Source: the human T2T-CHM13v2.0 reference genome, Homo sapiens. From it: DNA of 64,000 nucleotides. Of the stretch, positions 31,050 to 43,618 are shown piece after piece. The first letter of the stretch is position 1; every line of letters starts with the position of its first letter. The stretch lies in NCBI RefSeq assembly GCF_009914755.1, contig NC_060925.1, one strand, 5' to 3'. Under the pieces are notes generated by a model that ran no database searches, was not told the origin of the DNA, and saw only the letters and a list, made by a program, of their open reading frames with translations. A program made the position numbers and the translations under genes.

Positions 31050-31376
31050 GTGGCAGACACCCCTCACCCAGCCTTGCTGCTGCCTTGCAGTTCGATCTTG
31101 GACTGCTGTGCTAGCAGTGAGCAAGGCTCCGTGGGCATGGGACCTGCTGAGCCATGTGCAGGATATAATCTCCTGGTGTGCCGTTTGCTAAGACCGTTGG
31201 AAAAGTGCAGTATTAGGGTGGGAGTGTCTCGATTTTCCAGGTACTGTCTGTCACGGCTTCCCTTGGCTAGGAAAGGGAATTCCCCGACCCCTTGCGCTTC
31301 CTGGGTAAGGCGATGCCCTGTCCTGCTTCAGCTCACACTCTGTGGGCTGCACCCACTGTCCAACAAGTCCCAGTGA
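31050..31376 (+). pseudogene. L1 ORF0-homologous antisense reading frame, GTG start
   Basis: VADTPHPALLLPCSSILDCCASS...IRVGVSRFSR matches L1 ORF0 (MAGAPPPASLPPCSLISDCCAS...IRVGVTRFSR); ATG is GTG here; open to 31376. Confidence 0.7.
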
Positions 31377-31467
31377 GATGAACCTTGTACCTCAGTTGGA
31401 AATGCAGAAATCACCTGTCTTCTGTGTCTCTCACGCTGGGAACTGTAGACTGGAGCTGTTCCTATTT

Positions 31468-31478
31468 GGCCATCTTGG
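31468..31478 (-). promoter_or_regulatory. YY1 site of the L1 5' UTR promoter
   Basis: CCAAGATGGCC on the minus strand at the canonical position. Confidence 0.85.
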
Positions 31479-31761
31479 AGGGAGCTATGAAACAAATGTC
31501 TTTAAGAGTGCTAACACTTCAGCCTAAGACTGCAGGTGGGAATTCATGAAAATTAATTGCTAAAATCCTGATGGAATGGAATAGCAGAATGAGATAGCTG
31601 TGTTTTCTTTATACAGTATTTAAGCCATATTTCTGCATAGCTAGGGACTGTGCAAGTGTTTTTCTTTGCTTCTGATACCACAGTTACAAAGGATTCCACT
31701 GGTGCCACTCAGGAAACAGTGAAGTATTTCTGTGTCCTGTGTTTCAATTCCTGACATCTTA

Positions 31762-31772
31762 AAGATGGCGGC
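31762..31772 (+). promoter_or_regulatory. YY1 consensus motif
   Basis: AAGATGGCGGC exact long YY1 consensus, with the CpG retained in an otherwise CpG-poor region. Confidence 0.65.
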
Positions 31773-31805
31773 TGCCATCGTTTTCTACAGTATCTCAAGC
31801 TCATT

Positions 31806-31824
31806 CTCCACCAGATGGCAGCAC
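31806..31824 (+). promoter_or_regulatory. CTCF binding motif (forward orientation)
   Basis: CTCCACCAGATGGCAGCAC fully matches CCASYAGRKGGCRS. Confidence 0.8.
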
Positions 31825-33024
31825 TGAAGTTCAGAGGCCTTCAGCACAGAGCCTCCTTGCCTGGTGAATACAAATGCAAAGCTTTAAGCTCCTTCACACA
31901 AGTTAGACTCTCATTCTCTCTCCTACCTCCCCTCCCCCACTGAAGGCAACCCCTTCCAATAATCAGCCTTCTAGACTAAAATAGAAGCTTTTAACATTTT
32001 AATGTCTTGTCACATTACTCACCAGTCTCATCTAGGTCCAGGAAACCATTTCCTGGAGGCCTCTTTTTTATTTGTGTTCATTAGCTGCGCTAATACATTC
32101 TCTTGGAAACCACAGTTTAATAAATTTCATAGCGCATAACCAGTGGACTTAATGAATATTAGTCACTCGGAGCAATTTTTGTTTATTCAGCTTCTCTTTC
32201 CTCTCCTCCCTTCCCCTACCCCAGACCTCATTCTGTGGAATGATAATAATACACAGAGAGCTGGCTGGTTACAGAAGACTCTAAAAACAAGAAGAAAAAG
32301 GATCTTTCTGAGCTCACACCTGTTTTAAGGTTTGTTATCCTTAAAACGAAAAGCTGTAGGGATTCACTCAGCTCTTTCCTTGTAGCTCCCAGTGGACTTT
32401 GCTGTTAAACCACAGGGAGGAGCCCAGCCTTCAGAGCACTTAAAAGTACTTATGTCAAATCCATCCCATTCTTCCGGCCTCCGTTTCTCAATCCAGCCAC
32501 CATTCCCAGGGGCTGGAGCACATTACAAGGCATTCACTTCATATGAATGGGCACACACAGACTTTTTCACCATTTCGATATGTCTAACATTTGCAGGCAC
32601 ATCCTGTAGGCTGCCTGAAACAGCCTTAATTTCAATTTACTGTCTCCCCAAGGATCTTGCCATTCTGCGGAAAGTAGAAAACTCAATGGTCGTTTCTCCT
32701 CTCCGACCTCTCACCCCAGGCTCTCTCTGCCCTCCTCCTCTTTCAAGGAAAAGCTGTATTGGGAGGAACATTTTGCTCCAGATGAATAGAATGAAGTTTT
32801 GATGCTTCTAACAGCACGTATGATCTTTTATTTTTAAAAAATAATGAGCAAGTTACATCAGATTACCACATTTGGAAACTGTTCAAAGTCGGCATACAAA
32901 GCCCAGTAAATGCTGTCTTGGGTCCTCCTGGAATATGATTACACAAGACAGCATGAAATCATAGTCTTGAAGTTTTACGTTGTCGTTTGTAACCCGCTAG
33001 GTCTAACTCTATATAACTTTTTAG

Positions 33025-33630
33025 TATGGAAATTTCCAAATATGTATACAACTTGAGAAAATACTGTAATGAACCTCAAGGTACCTGTCCTTTAACTTTC
33101 ACATTAATCAACATTTGGCCAATCTTATTTTATCAAATCCTCTTCTCACACATGCCTGTCTTTTTTGCTTGGAGATTTAAAAACAAATGACAGATGTGTC
33201 TTTTTCTCTGTAAACAGTTTGGCATGCTTTGCTAGCTGATAAGAGCTTTCTATTTTTAGCATAATCACCATGCCAATATCACACTTAACATAATTAATGG
33301 TAATTCCTTAGTCATCTAATACCTAGTCCATTTTAATTTTTTTCCTGATTACCTCAATATTTTTTTTACTAGTTCAGAATCCAAACAAGACCCACTCATT
33401 GCATTAGTTGTTTTTTCCTTAAGTCTCTTTTGTTTTGCAACAGGTCCTCCTCCTTCTTCTCCTCTTCCTCCTCCTCCTCCTCTTCCTTCTCCTTCTCTAG
33501 TTTTATGCCATAGATCTGTTGGTTATACCAAGATTTTTGTCTATAGAAATATTTCATACTGTACATTTGACTGATTGTTTCCTTGTGGTGTCATTGAATT
33601 TGTTCTTGTACTGTTAGGGATATTTCTGGC
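33025..33630 (-). mobile_element. L1MC4/5-type 3' end, with a (CCT)n tract at 33445-33497
   Basis: cataatcaccatgccaatatcacac...aattccttag...cagaatccaaacaag...cattgcatt. Confidence 0.75.
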
Positions 33631-33736
33631 AGAGAAAAAGTTAGCTGAGTTTTTCACTCTTATACTGAATAAAAACCAGTAGAATACAGAGGGAAATCCT
33701 CATTTTGCTTTGGCATCTGGAGCTACACTTACTGTT

Positions 33737-33875
33737 AATTCATTCAGCAAATATTAATTAGCTCTTGTAATGTACCAGGCACTGTACTGGGCTTTGGGAA
33801 TGCAGAGTGACTAAGGGGGTTGGGAATATGGGATAACTGAGAAAATCATGGACCTTATCCTTGTGAAACTTAGGA
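33737..33875 (-). mobile_element. L2 3' fragment
   Basis: attcattcagcaaatatt...taccaggcactgtactggg. Confidence 0.7.
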
Positions 33876-34254
33876 GTCGTGGGTTTCAAAGCACCACTTA
33901 AAAAAACACCTGTGTTGGGTTCTCCTAACACTCTTGTAACGTCCATCAAGTTGTAAAGCCCTCTTAAATTTACTGAAGAATACCGAGGATGAAGTGATAG
34001 GTGCTGTAGACAGGAACTATACAAGAAATCACTAATGGAGAAGTCAGACACCATTCCCCTTGGACTTTTGGATTTCGCTCTTTTGATAAATTAATTTTAG
34101 ATCCTAAACTCTGTCACAGGTGGATCAGTACTGCTAAAAAGATTTAGGCAACCCCTGAACAAAATTAATATCAGGGTATCAATTTATATTGGCCTAGGTT
34201 ACAAAAGAAGTTAGTTCCTTACGAGTTCCTTAATTCTGACACCCATCTCCAAGA

Positions 34255-34502
34255 AATCCATCAATGCATAAAAATAAGAAACACATTGGAACATAGTGCA
34301 CAGAGACTAAACACAACTGAAATAAAAGTTACCCAAAATGAAACTTCTCTTACTTACCAGTGTGTGATAAACTCTGATATCTCCAAATCTATTTTGTTTT
34401 ATTTTTATTTCATTTTGTTTTAAAAAAATGCTTATTGCAAACCAATAAATGAATTTTGTGATCCACCAATGAGTCATGATCTGCTGATTTTGGAAAAGGC
34501 TT
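34255..34502. mobile_element. MER119-like hAT-Charlie element
   Basis: ttttatttcattttgttttaaaaaaatgc...gatccaccaatgagtcatgatc...tttggaaaa terminal pattern. Confidence 0.6.
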
Positions 34503-34789
34503 GACATTTGGATAAGATGGGGTCATGGACCATCTGCTTGAACTACGTCGTTGAGGCTTACTTTTGTAAAAGCCCAGATTTTGTGCCTTTGAAATAATAT
34601 CGGAGGAAGGGATTGAGGTAGGGGGTTTTCAGAAGTTGTAAACATCATCAAGGCCTTCCTCTTATTTATTTATTTTTTTCTGGATAGAAGCAGTGTAAGC
34701 GGACGGAGGGAGACACTGGGGGCAAAGTAAGATCCTTGAGAATTTCAAGTGTCTTATTTTTAAGGAAGGAGACTAAATTTTTTTTTTAA

Positions 34790-35005
34790 AGTAGCACCTA
34801 TTGGCTGTATGTTTTCTCATCTTATCTTATGTAATCCTCATAACAATGTAACTGTGTAGCCTTTATATATGTTACATAGGAGAAAACTTGGACTCCCCGA
34901 GATTGAGTAGGTAGAGGAACTGACTATTAACCAACTCACAGAGACCATGTCTCCCGGCAATTGGGGACTAACAGAGACTGGAGTCAGGCAATCTTTACTC
35001 TGAAT
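34790..35005 (-). mobile_element. MIR
   Basis: taatcctcataacaa...ggagaaaact...ctggagtcaggcaatct. Confidence 0.6.
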
Positions 35006-35549
35006 CCTTGCTGTGGTACTTAGTGATAGTTATTAGTAAGTGAGGAATAAATAAGATTAAATGTGCAAACACTCAGCATCTAGTAGTCACTGATTATTTG
35101 TATGAATATAAGATACATGTATAAGCTATATATTAAAATATGCATACATGATATATATACATATATAAGATATACATTAAAATTTTTGTTTTTAAAATTA
35201 TCCCTTGGAACAAGATGATATGTCAAAAATACTGGCATTGTGTACATTTCTAATCTTGCAGTCTGTTGGCATCCCTCACTGCCCTGTCTCCTCCCAGTAA
35301 CGCTGAATATAGTTAGAATCCTGCATGTACTGGGCACCATAGCAAAACTTGAAAAGCAAACAAACACACATACAAACTCAACAACAGGTGTCAGCCTCCA
35401 GCAGAGAAATTTGATGGAAGAAACCATAATTTTGAGTAATAACCTGCATTTCATCAGGACTAGGTTCCTTTCCAACACTCAGAGATTTTGTTGTTACTAT
35501 TGTAACAACATTCAATGAGAATATTGCCATTCTCACACATACCACATTG

Positions 35550-36230
35550 AGAGGCAATGGTATATGGTGTATAAGAGCTCCATCCCTCAGCGCAAGACGA
35601 CCTATGCTTAAATTCTGGTTCTGCCACTTCCCTGCTGTATTAGCCCATTCTTGTATTGCTATAAAGAAATACCTGAGACTGGGTAATTTATAAGAAAAGA
35701 AGTTTAATTGGCTCACGGTTCTTCAGGCTATACAGGAAACAGTGCTGGCATCAGCTTCTAGGGAGGCCTCAGGAAGCTTTTACTCATGGTGGAAGGCAAA
35801 GTGGGAGCAGGCACTGCACATGGCGAAAGCAGGAGCAAGAGAGGGTTGAGGGTGGGGAGGAGTTTCCATGCTTTACAACAACCAGATCTTACAAAAACTC
35901 AGTACCGTAAGGACAGCACCAAGCCACGAGGGATCCACCCTCATGACCCAAACACCTCCCACCAGGCCCCATTTCCAACACTGGAGATTACATTTCAACA
36001 TGACATTTGGGCGGGGAAAATATTCAAACTATATCACCTGCTATGTGGTCTCGAACAAATCACTTAAACCATTTTTCCTCCATCATCATTAGTAAAACAA
36101 GGTTTATGATGTTAATCACAATGAGGATGATAAAAATGCCCACCACGTAGGTTGTTGTAAGAATTCAATGCATTAGCATATATAAAACACTTAAAACAGT
36201 ATCCAGAATATAAGAAGTGTTGGCAAGTCT
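35550..36230 (+). mobile_element. MIR interrupted by MSTB
   Basis: aaattctggttctgccactt, then after the LTR ctatgtggtctcgaacaaatcacttaa...aaaacacttaaaacagt. Confidence 0.75.
35636..36036 (-). mobile_element. MSTB-like MaLR solo LTR
   Basis: tgtattagcccattc...aaatacctgagactgggtaatttataag...aaactatatca; exact TSD CCTGC at 35631-35635 and 36037-36041. Confidence 0.95.
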
Positions 36231-36530
36231 TATGATGTTATGAGTTAGAGATACTCCCTCTGCTCCTGAAGGGCCAACATTTCCAGTTTCAGTTGCATTT
36301 GGCAGCTTTCTGGAGTGGAGCAAATCATAGTTAGGTCTCCACTCATTCAGTAGGACTTTGTGAGTCATCGACAGTGGTTAAGATGCAGTGCTAGCTACAG
36401 AATAGTTTTTTAAAAAATGGAACATCTGTTCTTTCCTCAATAATTTACAATCTAATTGAGAAAAAAAACAATGTTCTCTGCCACCAGCTAGCTGTGAGAT
36501 TTTACTCAGGATACTGTCCCACTCCAAAAA

Positions 36531-36898
36531 TAAGGGGCTCCTCTACTCTGTACTAATGATGAATAAATTGGGATTCACCAGGTTTAGCACCTCAATTCAC
36601 AAAGACAAGAATCTCTATTCAAGAATTATAAAGAAAATTATGAATTCATAAAAATATTTTAAATAAGCTAGAATCTGAAAAATAAAGAATGTTGTCTTAT
36701 TTAGTGATGACCCCATAAAGGGCTCCACCACTCTGCAAGTGATGATGAATAAACTGGGAATCACCAGGTTTAGCACCTAAATTCACAAAGGCAAGAATCT
36801 CTATCCAAGAACTATAAAGAAAATCATGAATGCATAAAAATATTTTAAATAAGCAGGAGTCTGAAAAATAACGTTATCTTATTTAGTGATGACCCCCA
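36531..36898. repeat. Two-copy tandem duplication, period 185 bp
   Basis: 36531-36715 versus 36716-36898, roughly 88% identical by eye. Confidence 0.9.
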
Positions 36899-37689
36899 GA
36901 TAAAAACTTGAAGAAGTTTATGGTTAAACATTTTTACTTAGGATCCATTTTTCTTTTTTTTCTCCTCTTTCTCTTCTTATTTCTTCTCCTACTTTTTCTC
37001 CTTTTTTTTCTCCTTATATGCCTGCTTAGACATTTATGAAGACTTGCCAAAGAAACAATGGGACAACCAGGTTGAGAAAGACAAGTTAAATCTCTCGTTT
37101 TGTTAATTCTGATTGGAGAAGCTTTACTCACATCCTCTGTTTCTCTCCTATGAGGCAAGTAACTTCCAAGTATCTGGACAGCCTTCTCCCTTGATGTCGA
37201 GGAGGACCTTTGACAGAGAGTGTAATATTCAGAGTGATCAATTCTGATTCCATTATTTTACATCTGATGAAGACAAATCTATCTTAAAATTCTTGCTGAT
37301 TGAAAATTAAAAGCCACATTTATTTGTGAAATTAAAAAGCTCTCAGAGGGCAACCAAATGCTCAGATGTCTTTATCCTTTTTTTTTTAAAAAAAATGACT
37401 ATCTTCCTCTGAAGATGCATATTTTCTAAAAGCAAATAGAATCATTCATCTTAAAACTGGTTACCCTACATTCAGCCATATAACAAGTCACTGACTTAAG
37501 TGAAATGTTGAGAATCTCACAGTCCATCATATGTCTTATTAACAATGTAAAACTCTATTCCTGGGCAGAAATATTAACTGCTGCCCAAATAAACAACCAT
37601 CTATCATACATGAATGCACTGTGGTAGGCAGCTACCTCATATCTTATTATTAAAGATTTCCCTCAGTATGAACGCAACAGACCTGTGAA

Positions 37690-38180
37690 TTTATTTCTCT
37701 GTGTGGGTCCCCAACATGAGTTGGATGCAGGAAGCCTTAGAAATGGGTTATAGTTAAAAGTTTATTTTTATAATCCTGTTGTTTGCAACTGAAAATGCAT
37801 CTTCCAATAATGACAGTGTTACAAGTCAAGGTTAGATCCCTGAGGTCACCTGTGAATGTTTACTGAAAGCAAAGCTGAAATGATCTAATTTATAGCCACT
37901 GGCCTTCCTAAGCAACCCTCTGCCCTAGTGCTGAGTCCCTAAGGCCCCCAAGGTGCAAGTTACTACTGAGATTGTGAAGAAGAAGTGGGGATGGGTATAG
38001 AATTGCACAGCATTGGAGGCAAAGGAGGAGAAATTAAAAGGGGAGCTCCATGTCTCCTCTTACATTCACTGGGATTACTGGTGAATCAGAGATGATCTGC
38101 CCACCTTGTACTTCTCATTATACGGCTCTACATCCAAGCTGCCTTCGTGAAAGTCTTATGTGTTTGTAATTGAAAAACTT
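37690..38180. mobile_element. Possible Tigger-type DNA transposon fossil
   Basis: Weak TIR-like gtgggtccccaacat and gtttgcaactgaaaatgcat. Confidence 0.3.
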
Positions 38181-38676
38181 TATCCTTCTTTAAAAAATGA
38201 GAATTTGTGGCCACCTCTAGAGCTTCCAGTCAGATAGGTATTTTGGTCTATTTAGTGGGGAAAATGCACAACACAAGTCACTTGACATCATATGCAGATT
38301 AGCTTTTAAAGGTTGTTGCCTTGGTATTGTATTTGGTGAGCAGTTGGACTGTGTAGCTTGTTGGCATTTGTTTTAGTGTACCCAAATCCTAGGTCTCCAT
38401 GACAGTTCTAGAGAATTTGGAATTATGGCTTTTTAAAGCTGAATCATGAATGCAGTCCTGGAACAGAACACCCTCATCCTGTGTTGACACAGGCGGAGAA
38501 CAGTCTCAACGTGATGGAGATAAGGGTGGGCATGATCTGCACATGAACTTCCTGACATACGCTCACAGGGGCATCCTCTCCCAGTAGGCCTATAACAGTG
38601 TTTTTCTGAAGCAAGTACCACTAACAAGAGGTGTTCTTGGAGCAGATTAAGCGTTAATCAAGTGAGTAAAAACTGA

Positions 38677-39040
<364 letters not shown>

Positions 39041-39079
39041 CTATTATTCTTCATGATATTTAATGAAAAAGAAATATGT

Positions 39080-39590
39080 AGTATTTTGTATGTAGGAAGG
39101 CACTGTCTCTTAAAAATAAAATTTCTGCTCTTGAGGGATTTATAGTCCAGCTCTGCAGACAGACACATGGACCAATAATTACCACGTAATGGGATGCATG
39201 CTATCGTGGAAATGCATCTACAGGGGAAGAAGATATTAATTAACCTTGAAGAAGGTTGGAAAGGCATCATAGAGGATGTGCTATCTGAGTTTTACCTTGA
39301 GAAGGATGTGGGATTGCTGTACTTGGTAAAGGTCATATTGGCTAGAAGGAACCATATGAGCAAAGATCCGGAGGTGAGAAAGTATTTAGCGTGTTTGAGG
39401 AAGAACAGGGATCCATGGAGTGGCTTAAATGTAATAATGGACATTGGAGCTAGAGAGGAAAATACACAACAAAGTATAAAATTCCTTTCCTATATCAGAC
39501 TAGGAAATTTAGATTTTAACTTACATACAATAGAAAGTGGGATGCTGGTTAAAGTTTCTGCTAGAAAATTTGATGGTAGAATATAATATT
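39080..39590 (-). mobile_element. L2 fragment
   Basis: gcaaagatccggaggtgagaaagt...gtgtttgaggaa...tttagattttaac. Confidence 0.65.
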
Positions 39591-40269
39591 AAGGAAAGTA
39601 TGAAAGACCATAGAACTGAAAATTTCTGGACTTGGGGACCCTTGGGATAATTGCTGTGTCTCCTCTTTAGGTCTTTCTAGGAAGCAATGAAGCCTGCGGC
39701 TTAGAGCAGAACTCAGGTGTCATCAATAGCTATTAATGGAACGAAGACTCATCTCCCTCAGACTCACACGGGATATGCAGCTGTTCACTATAAAATGGTC
39801 CAGGTTTTCTGCATCTGCTTCTTAGTAAACTTGTGTGACTGCCCAATAAATTTCCACACGCCCAATATTCTCCCCTTCTCCCTTTCTCTCCTTTCCCCTC
39901 CCTTCCCCTTCCTTTCTTTCTCTTTCAGACCTGGCACCGCTGATGAATTAGAGGGACACACAGGCTTTCTAGAAGCTCACTGAGTAGCTTTTCATACGAT
40001 AGACATTTGTTGAATGTCCTCTATATGCCAAGCCCTGGGGATGGCCCTCTATATGGTGCTAAACAGGTGATTGGCTGGTGAGGTTTGGGGAAGCACATTT
40101 TATTCATGGCTCCCTTATTTTGTTGTATTATTTCTCCTGCATAACATGTGCCTCAATCAAAGCCATTTATGATGTGAATGTATGAAAACTATAATTTTGA
40201 GCATCCCCCAGTGTGTTCCCTGCCCTCCAATCAAGCCTCCTACCAGCTCTCCTCCCACCCCAGCCTTGT

Positions 40270-41020
40270 GGCACTACCCTGTGCTCTCTCCCTGGCTGAA
40301 AGCCCCTTCTCTTTGCTGATTCAAATCCCATCCAACATTCAAAACCACCACCTCCATAATGTCTTTCTGATGGCTCACATCCTCATTGATTTCTTGGAGA
40401 TATAATTCAGGGTAACAGTTAAAAAACTGGGCTCTAAATTAAGGAGAGGGGTTAACTCTAAGGAAAGGAGAACGAGATGTGTTCAGGGCCTTCATCTATT
40501 GCTAACATTTTATCTTAAGCTGGGTGATGGATATACAGGTATTTTTTTTAAACATAGTTAATTATATAATTTTGTATGGTTGAATTATTTTATAAAAGAA
40601 AAAGGTCACGTATTAAGTGTGCTACCTTGTGCAAGTTCCCTAACTTCTTTATGCCCCAGTTACCTCATTTGTAGGAAATGATAATAGTGCCCTCTTTATA
40701 GAATGTTGTGAGGGTTAATAATATCAGATAATGCCTGTCAGGAATTTACAAAGTGCTTGACATATAGTAAGAACTCAATAAATGTTTTCCTCTTTTCCCC
40801 TTGAACTCCCCAGAGTGCTTTTGCTCAGAATTATATAATTTAATATTTAATTGAACCTTGTTTGGTTCTGTGATTTTTGCTCATTTTTTTTACTGTGCTC
40901 CTCTTTTTTCTTGAGGGCAGGCACAGTGTGCTATCCTTCTTCCTAAGCTCCACAGCACCCTCGCATGGTGCCCAGGGTATCTGAATATGTTCATAAATTC
41001 TTAAGGTTGATTGATTGGAA
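40270..41020 (+). mobile_element. Nested L2 > MIR (40405-40785) > L1ME 3' fragment (40440-40605)
   Basis: L2 text on both sides; MIR core split by cttaagctgggtgatggatatacaggt (L1ME 3' UTR). Confidence 0.65.
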
Positions 41021-42124
41021 TGGTCTTTTCAAGGATTAACTGTATATGAGTCCCATGGTTTTTCGCTCATCTGTGTCTGAGTATCTGAAGAAGAAACCTG
41101 TGCGTGTCTATTACTTTCCTCCTGTGATATGACCTATGAGCAGCTACCTTAGGGCTCAGAGTTGAAATATATGAACTAGCCAAGAACACACTCATTCACA
41201 GGCTTTCCAAAGTCCACCTACCACTTCCTATTTCCATTCAGTGCTAGAACACCTCCCAATAATTCAATAAGTATGCACCCCTTCCTTCTTAAAACAGTAT
41301 TTGTGTAGGTTATAATCTTCTGTTTCACACTTTAAGGGAAATCTGAGCTAACCAGCTGCTCCACAGCCAAGTCCTAATGGTGACAATCATCTTGCTCTTG
41401 GCAGGACTATTTCCGGGTCTGCTTAAAGCCGGAGTGTGTGCTCCAGAGTCTAGAGGGGAGCTAAAATCTCATCAGGAGTTGGCTGCAGAGCATCCATTTA
41501 CCCAGCTATAAACCATCCCCTGAGCTCCTGCCTGCCTCTACAGTGGAGTGACAAGCCAACCCAAATACAGGGGCCCAGCAGATTGTCCTGAACCCTTAAT
41601 GTGTGCTTGCTGACTACTGATGCAATATCTCCATTCATCACTGGGGCTCTGAAGGTTCCAGAAGGCCATGTATTTCTGCAGAGCTTGGAGCCTCCTAGTC
41701 TTGGCTCAGTTCATCTGATCTTGAGGAAATCTGTTTAGTTGAACTGCCTTTACTGGGGTTGATGATAGGGCAGCAGAGGGGAGAGCAGTACAAGGGAAAG
41801 GCAAAGAGGTCAGAATAATGATGATATTTAATTCCATGAGGACGCTCCACTCAGTGTGATAATCAAGGCCCTGAATCATGTCTCCAAGTGGATTATAAAT
41901 TCTGCTGAAGGATAAGGAGACACATATCAGCCGTCATATCCAATATTTTTTCTACTGCATCTATTGCCTTTAAGTAGATTCACTTAAGTAAATATAAGAA
42001 GCATTTAAGATAGAAACAGAAGGTGTAAGTAAAACTCATGTGCAATGTAAATCATAAAGCTTCAAATACTCCAACTTCCGCCATTTCTATCTCAGTCCCC
42101 ATTTTCTAAATTGCATCCTAATAT

Positions 42125-42129
<5 letters not shown>

Positions 42130-42169
<40 letters not shown>

Positions 42170-42172
42170 ACA
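42130..42172. repeat. (CA)n microsatellite
   Basis: About 21 CA units. Confidence 0.95.
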
Positions 42173-42898
42173 GCCCTCCCCACCAACAACTACCACAAAG
42201 ATGTTCCTGGCCTGGAAATGTCTTTGCAGTCAAGGCCTGACTTCTGTCAGTTACCCCAGATGCTAAACTAATTGGCTTGATGCTCAGATGAAAGAATCTA
42301 AATCTAGAAAGGCAGGAAAAGCCCCCTCCTGTGACCAAAGCCATTAAACCTCAATTAGGAGATAGACAGGGAAGGTGTAGATGAGTCTGGGGTAATTACA
42401 GGGCTTTGTCTGACAGCTCAGTTCCTGAAGCCGGGGCCAGAGCAGGTGATTTGGAAATCTGATCCCTAGACAGCTGCAGATGGTGCAGGCTGATTGCACC
42501 CCGCCAGACGGACCTCCTCCCACTGGCAGCCTTCTGCAGCGTGTGGCCCCTCACAACTTAGCACTGCCTAGCGAGCTGGCCCCATCTGTTCCGTAATGGC
42601 CAGGCACACAGAGAGCCACCCAGGGGCAAACACCTATAGACTCTAGCCAGAGACGTTGTTGGGATAGAGGTGGGGTGGTGGTGGTCTGTCCTTGTTTTGC
42701 TTTAGAACTATCTCCAGAATATTCATCATATATCCATGCTTCAGGAGAGTTAGAAACTGACTAAAGCTTCCACTGTCTTCATCCTAGGCACTTGGGGAAA
42801 CTTGATAAGAGCTGACCAGGGCTGTTTTCTGAAGGTTTTGGGAAGTTGGAGTAATTCCTGCCTCCCATGCATTTAGGACAGGGAGGGATCATTCATGG

Positions 42899-43269
42899 TG
42901 TTATCAGCTGAATGTTGTCCCTGCAAATTCATATGTAGATGTCTCCACCCCCAGGACTACAGAGTATAACTATATTTGGAGACAAGGTCTTTAAAGAGGT
43001 GATTAACTGAAAATGAGGCTGTTATGGTGGGCCCTTTATCCAATATACTGGTATCCTTATAGGAAGAAGAGATAGGACACAGGCTGAGAGACACTAGGTG
43101 CATATGAGTGTCAATGGACAACCACGTGAAGAGGCAGCACGCGTGTAGCCATCTGCAGCCAGCATCTTGATCTCAAACTTCCAGCCTCTAGAACTGTGAG
43201 AAATACATTTCTGCTTAGGCCACCAATTTCTGTGGTATTTTGTTCTGGCAGCCCTAACAAACTAATACA
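42899..43269 (+). mobile_element. MLT1B-like MaLR solo LTR
   Basis: tgttatcagctgaat...aaattcatatgt...tatttggagacaaggtctttaaagagg...cagcctctagaactgtgag...aactaataca. Confidence 0.9.
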
Positions 43270-43279
43270 ACAGGTTTAT

Positions 43280-43618
43280 TAATTCACCCAATAAGTATTT
43301 GTTGAGTATTTGCTATGTGCCAGAAATTGTTTACATCCTGGGAATATAGAGCTGAAAAAGACAGACCACTCTTCCTGCTGTGAGTTTGCATCTTCATGGG
43401 GAAGAAGAGGAAAGTCACTAACAAGGTAAATGCATGTACAAGTTAATTATAGAGGATGGTAAGTATTATGAAGGAGACAGAACAGGATGATATAGGGCTG
43501 CTTTGGATAAAGTGTTGAGGAGAAGGCCTTTTGGAGGGATAATATTCGAGCTAGACCTGATAACAAGAAGGCATTAGCCATACAAAGATCTAGGGAGAAG
43601 AAAATGCAAAAGTCTTGG
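43280..43618 (-). mobile_element. L2 fragment (resumes after 44143)
   Basis: tatttgttgagtatttgctatgtgccag...gagctagacctga...agccatacaaagatct. Confidence 0.75.

Noticed and set aside
32392-32802. 136-aa ORF in unique DNA
   Set aside because: GTG start, no domain and no exon structure; length compatible with chance.
42614-42630. Second CTCF-like site GCCACCCAGGGGCAAAC (also 2614-2627)
   Set aside because: Two mismatches at core positions; too weak to call.
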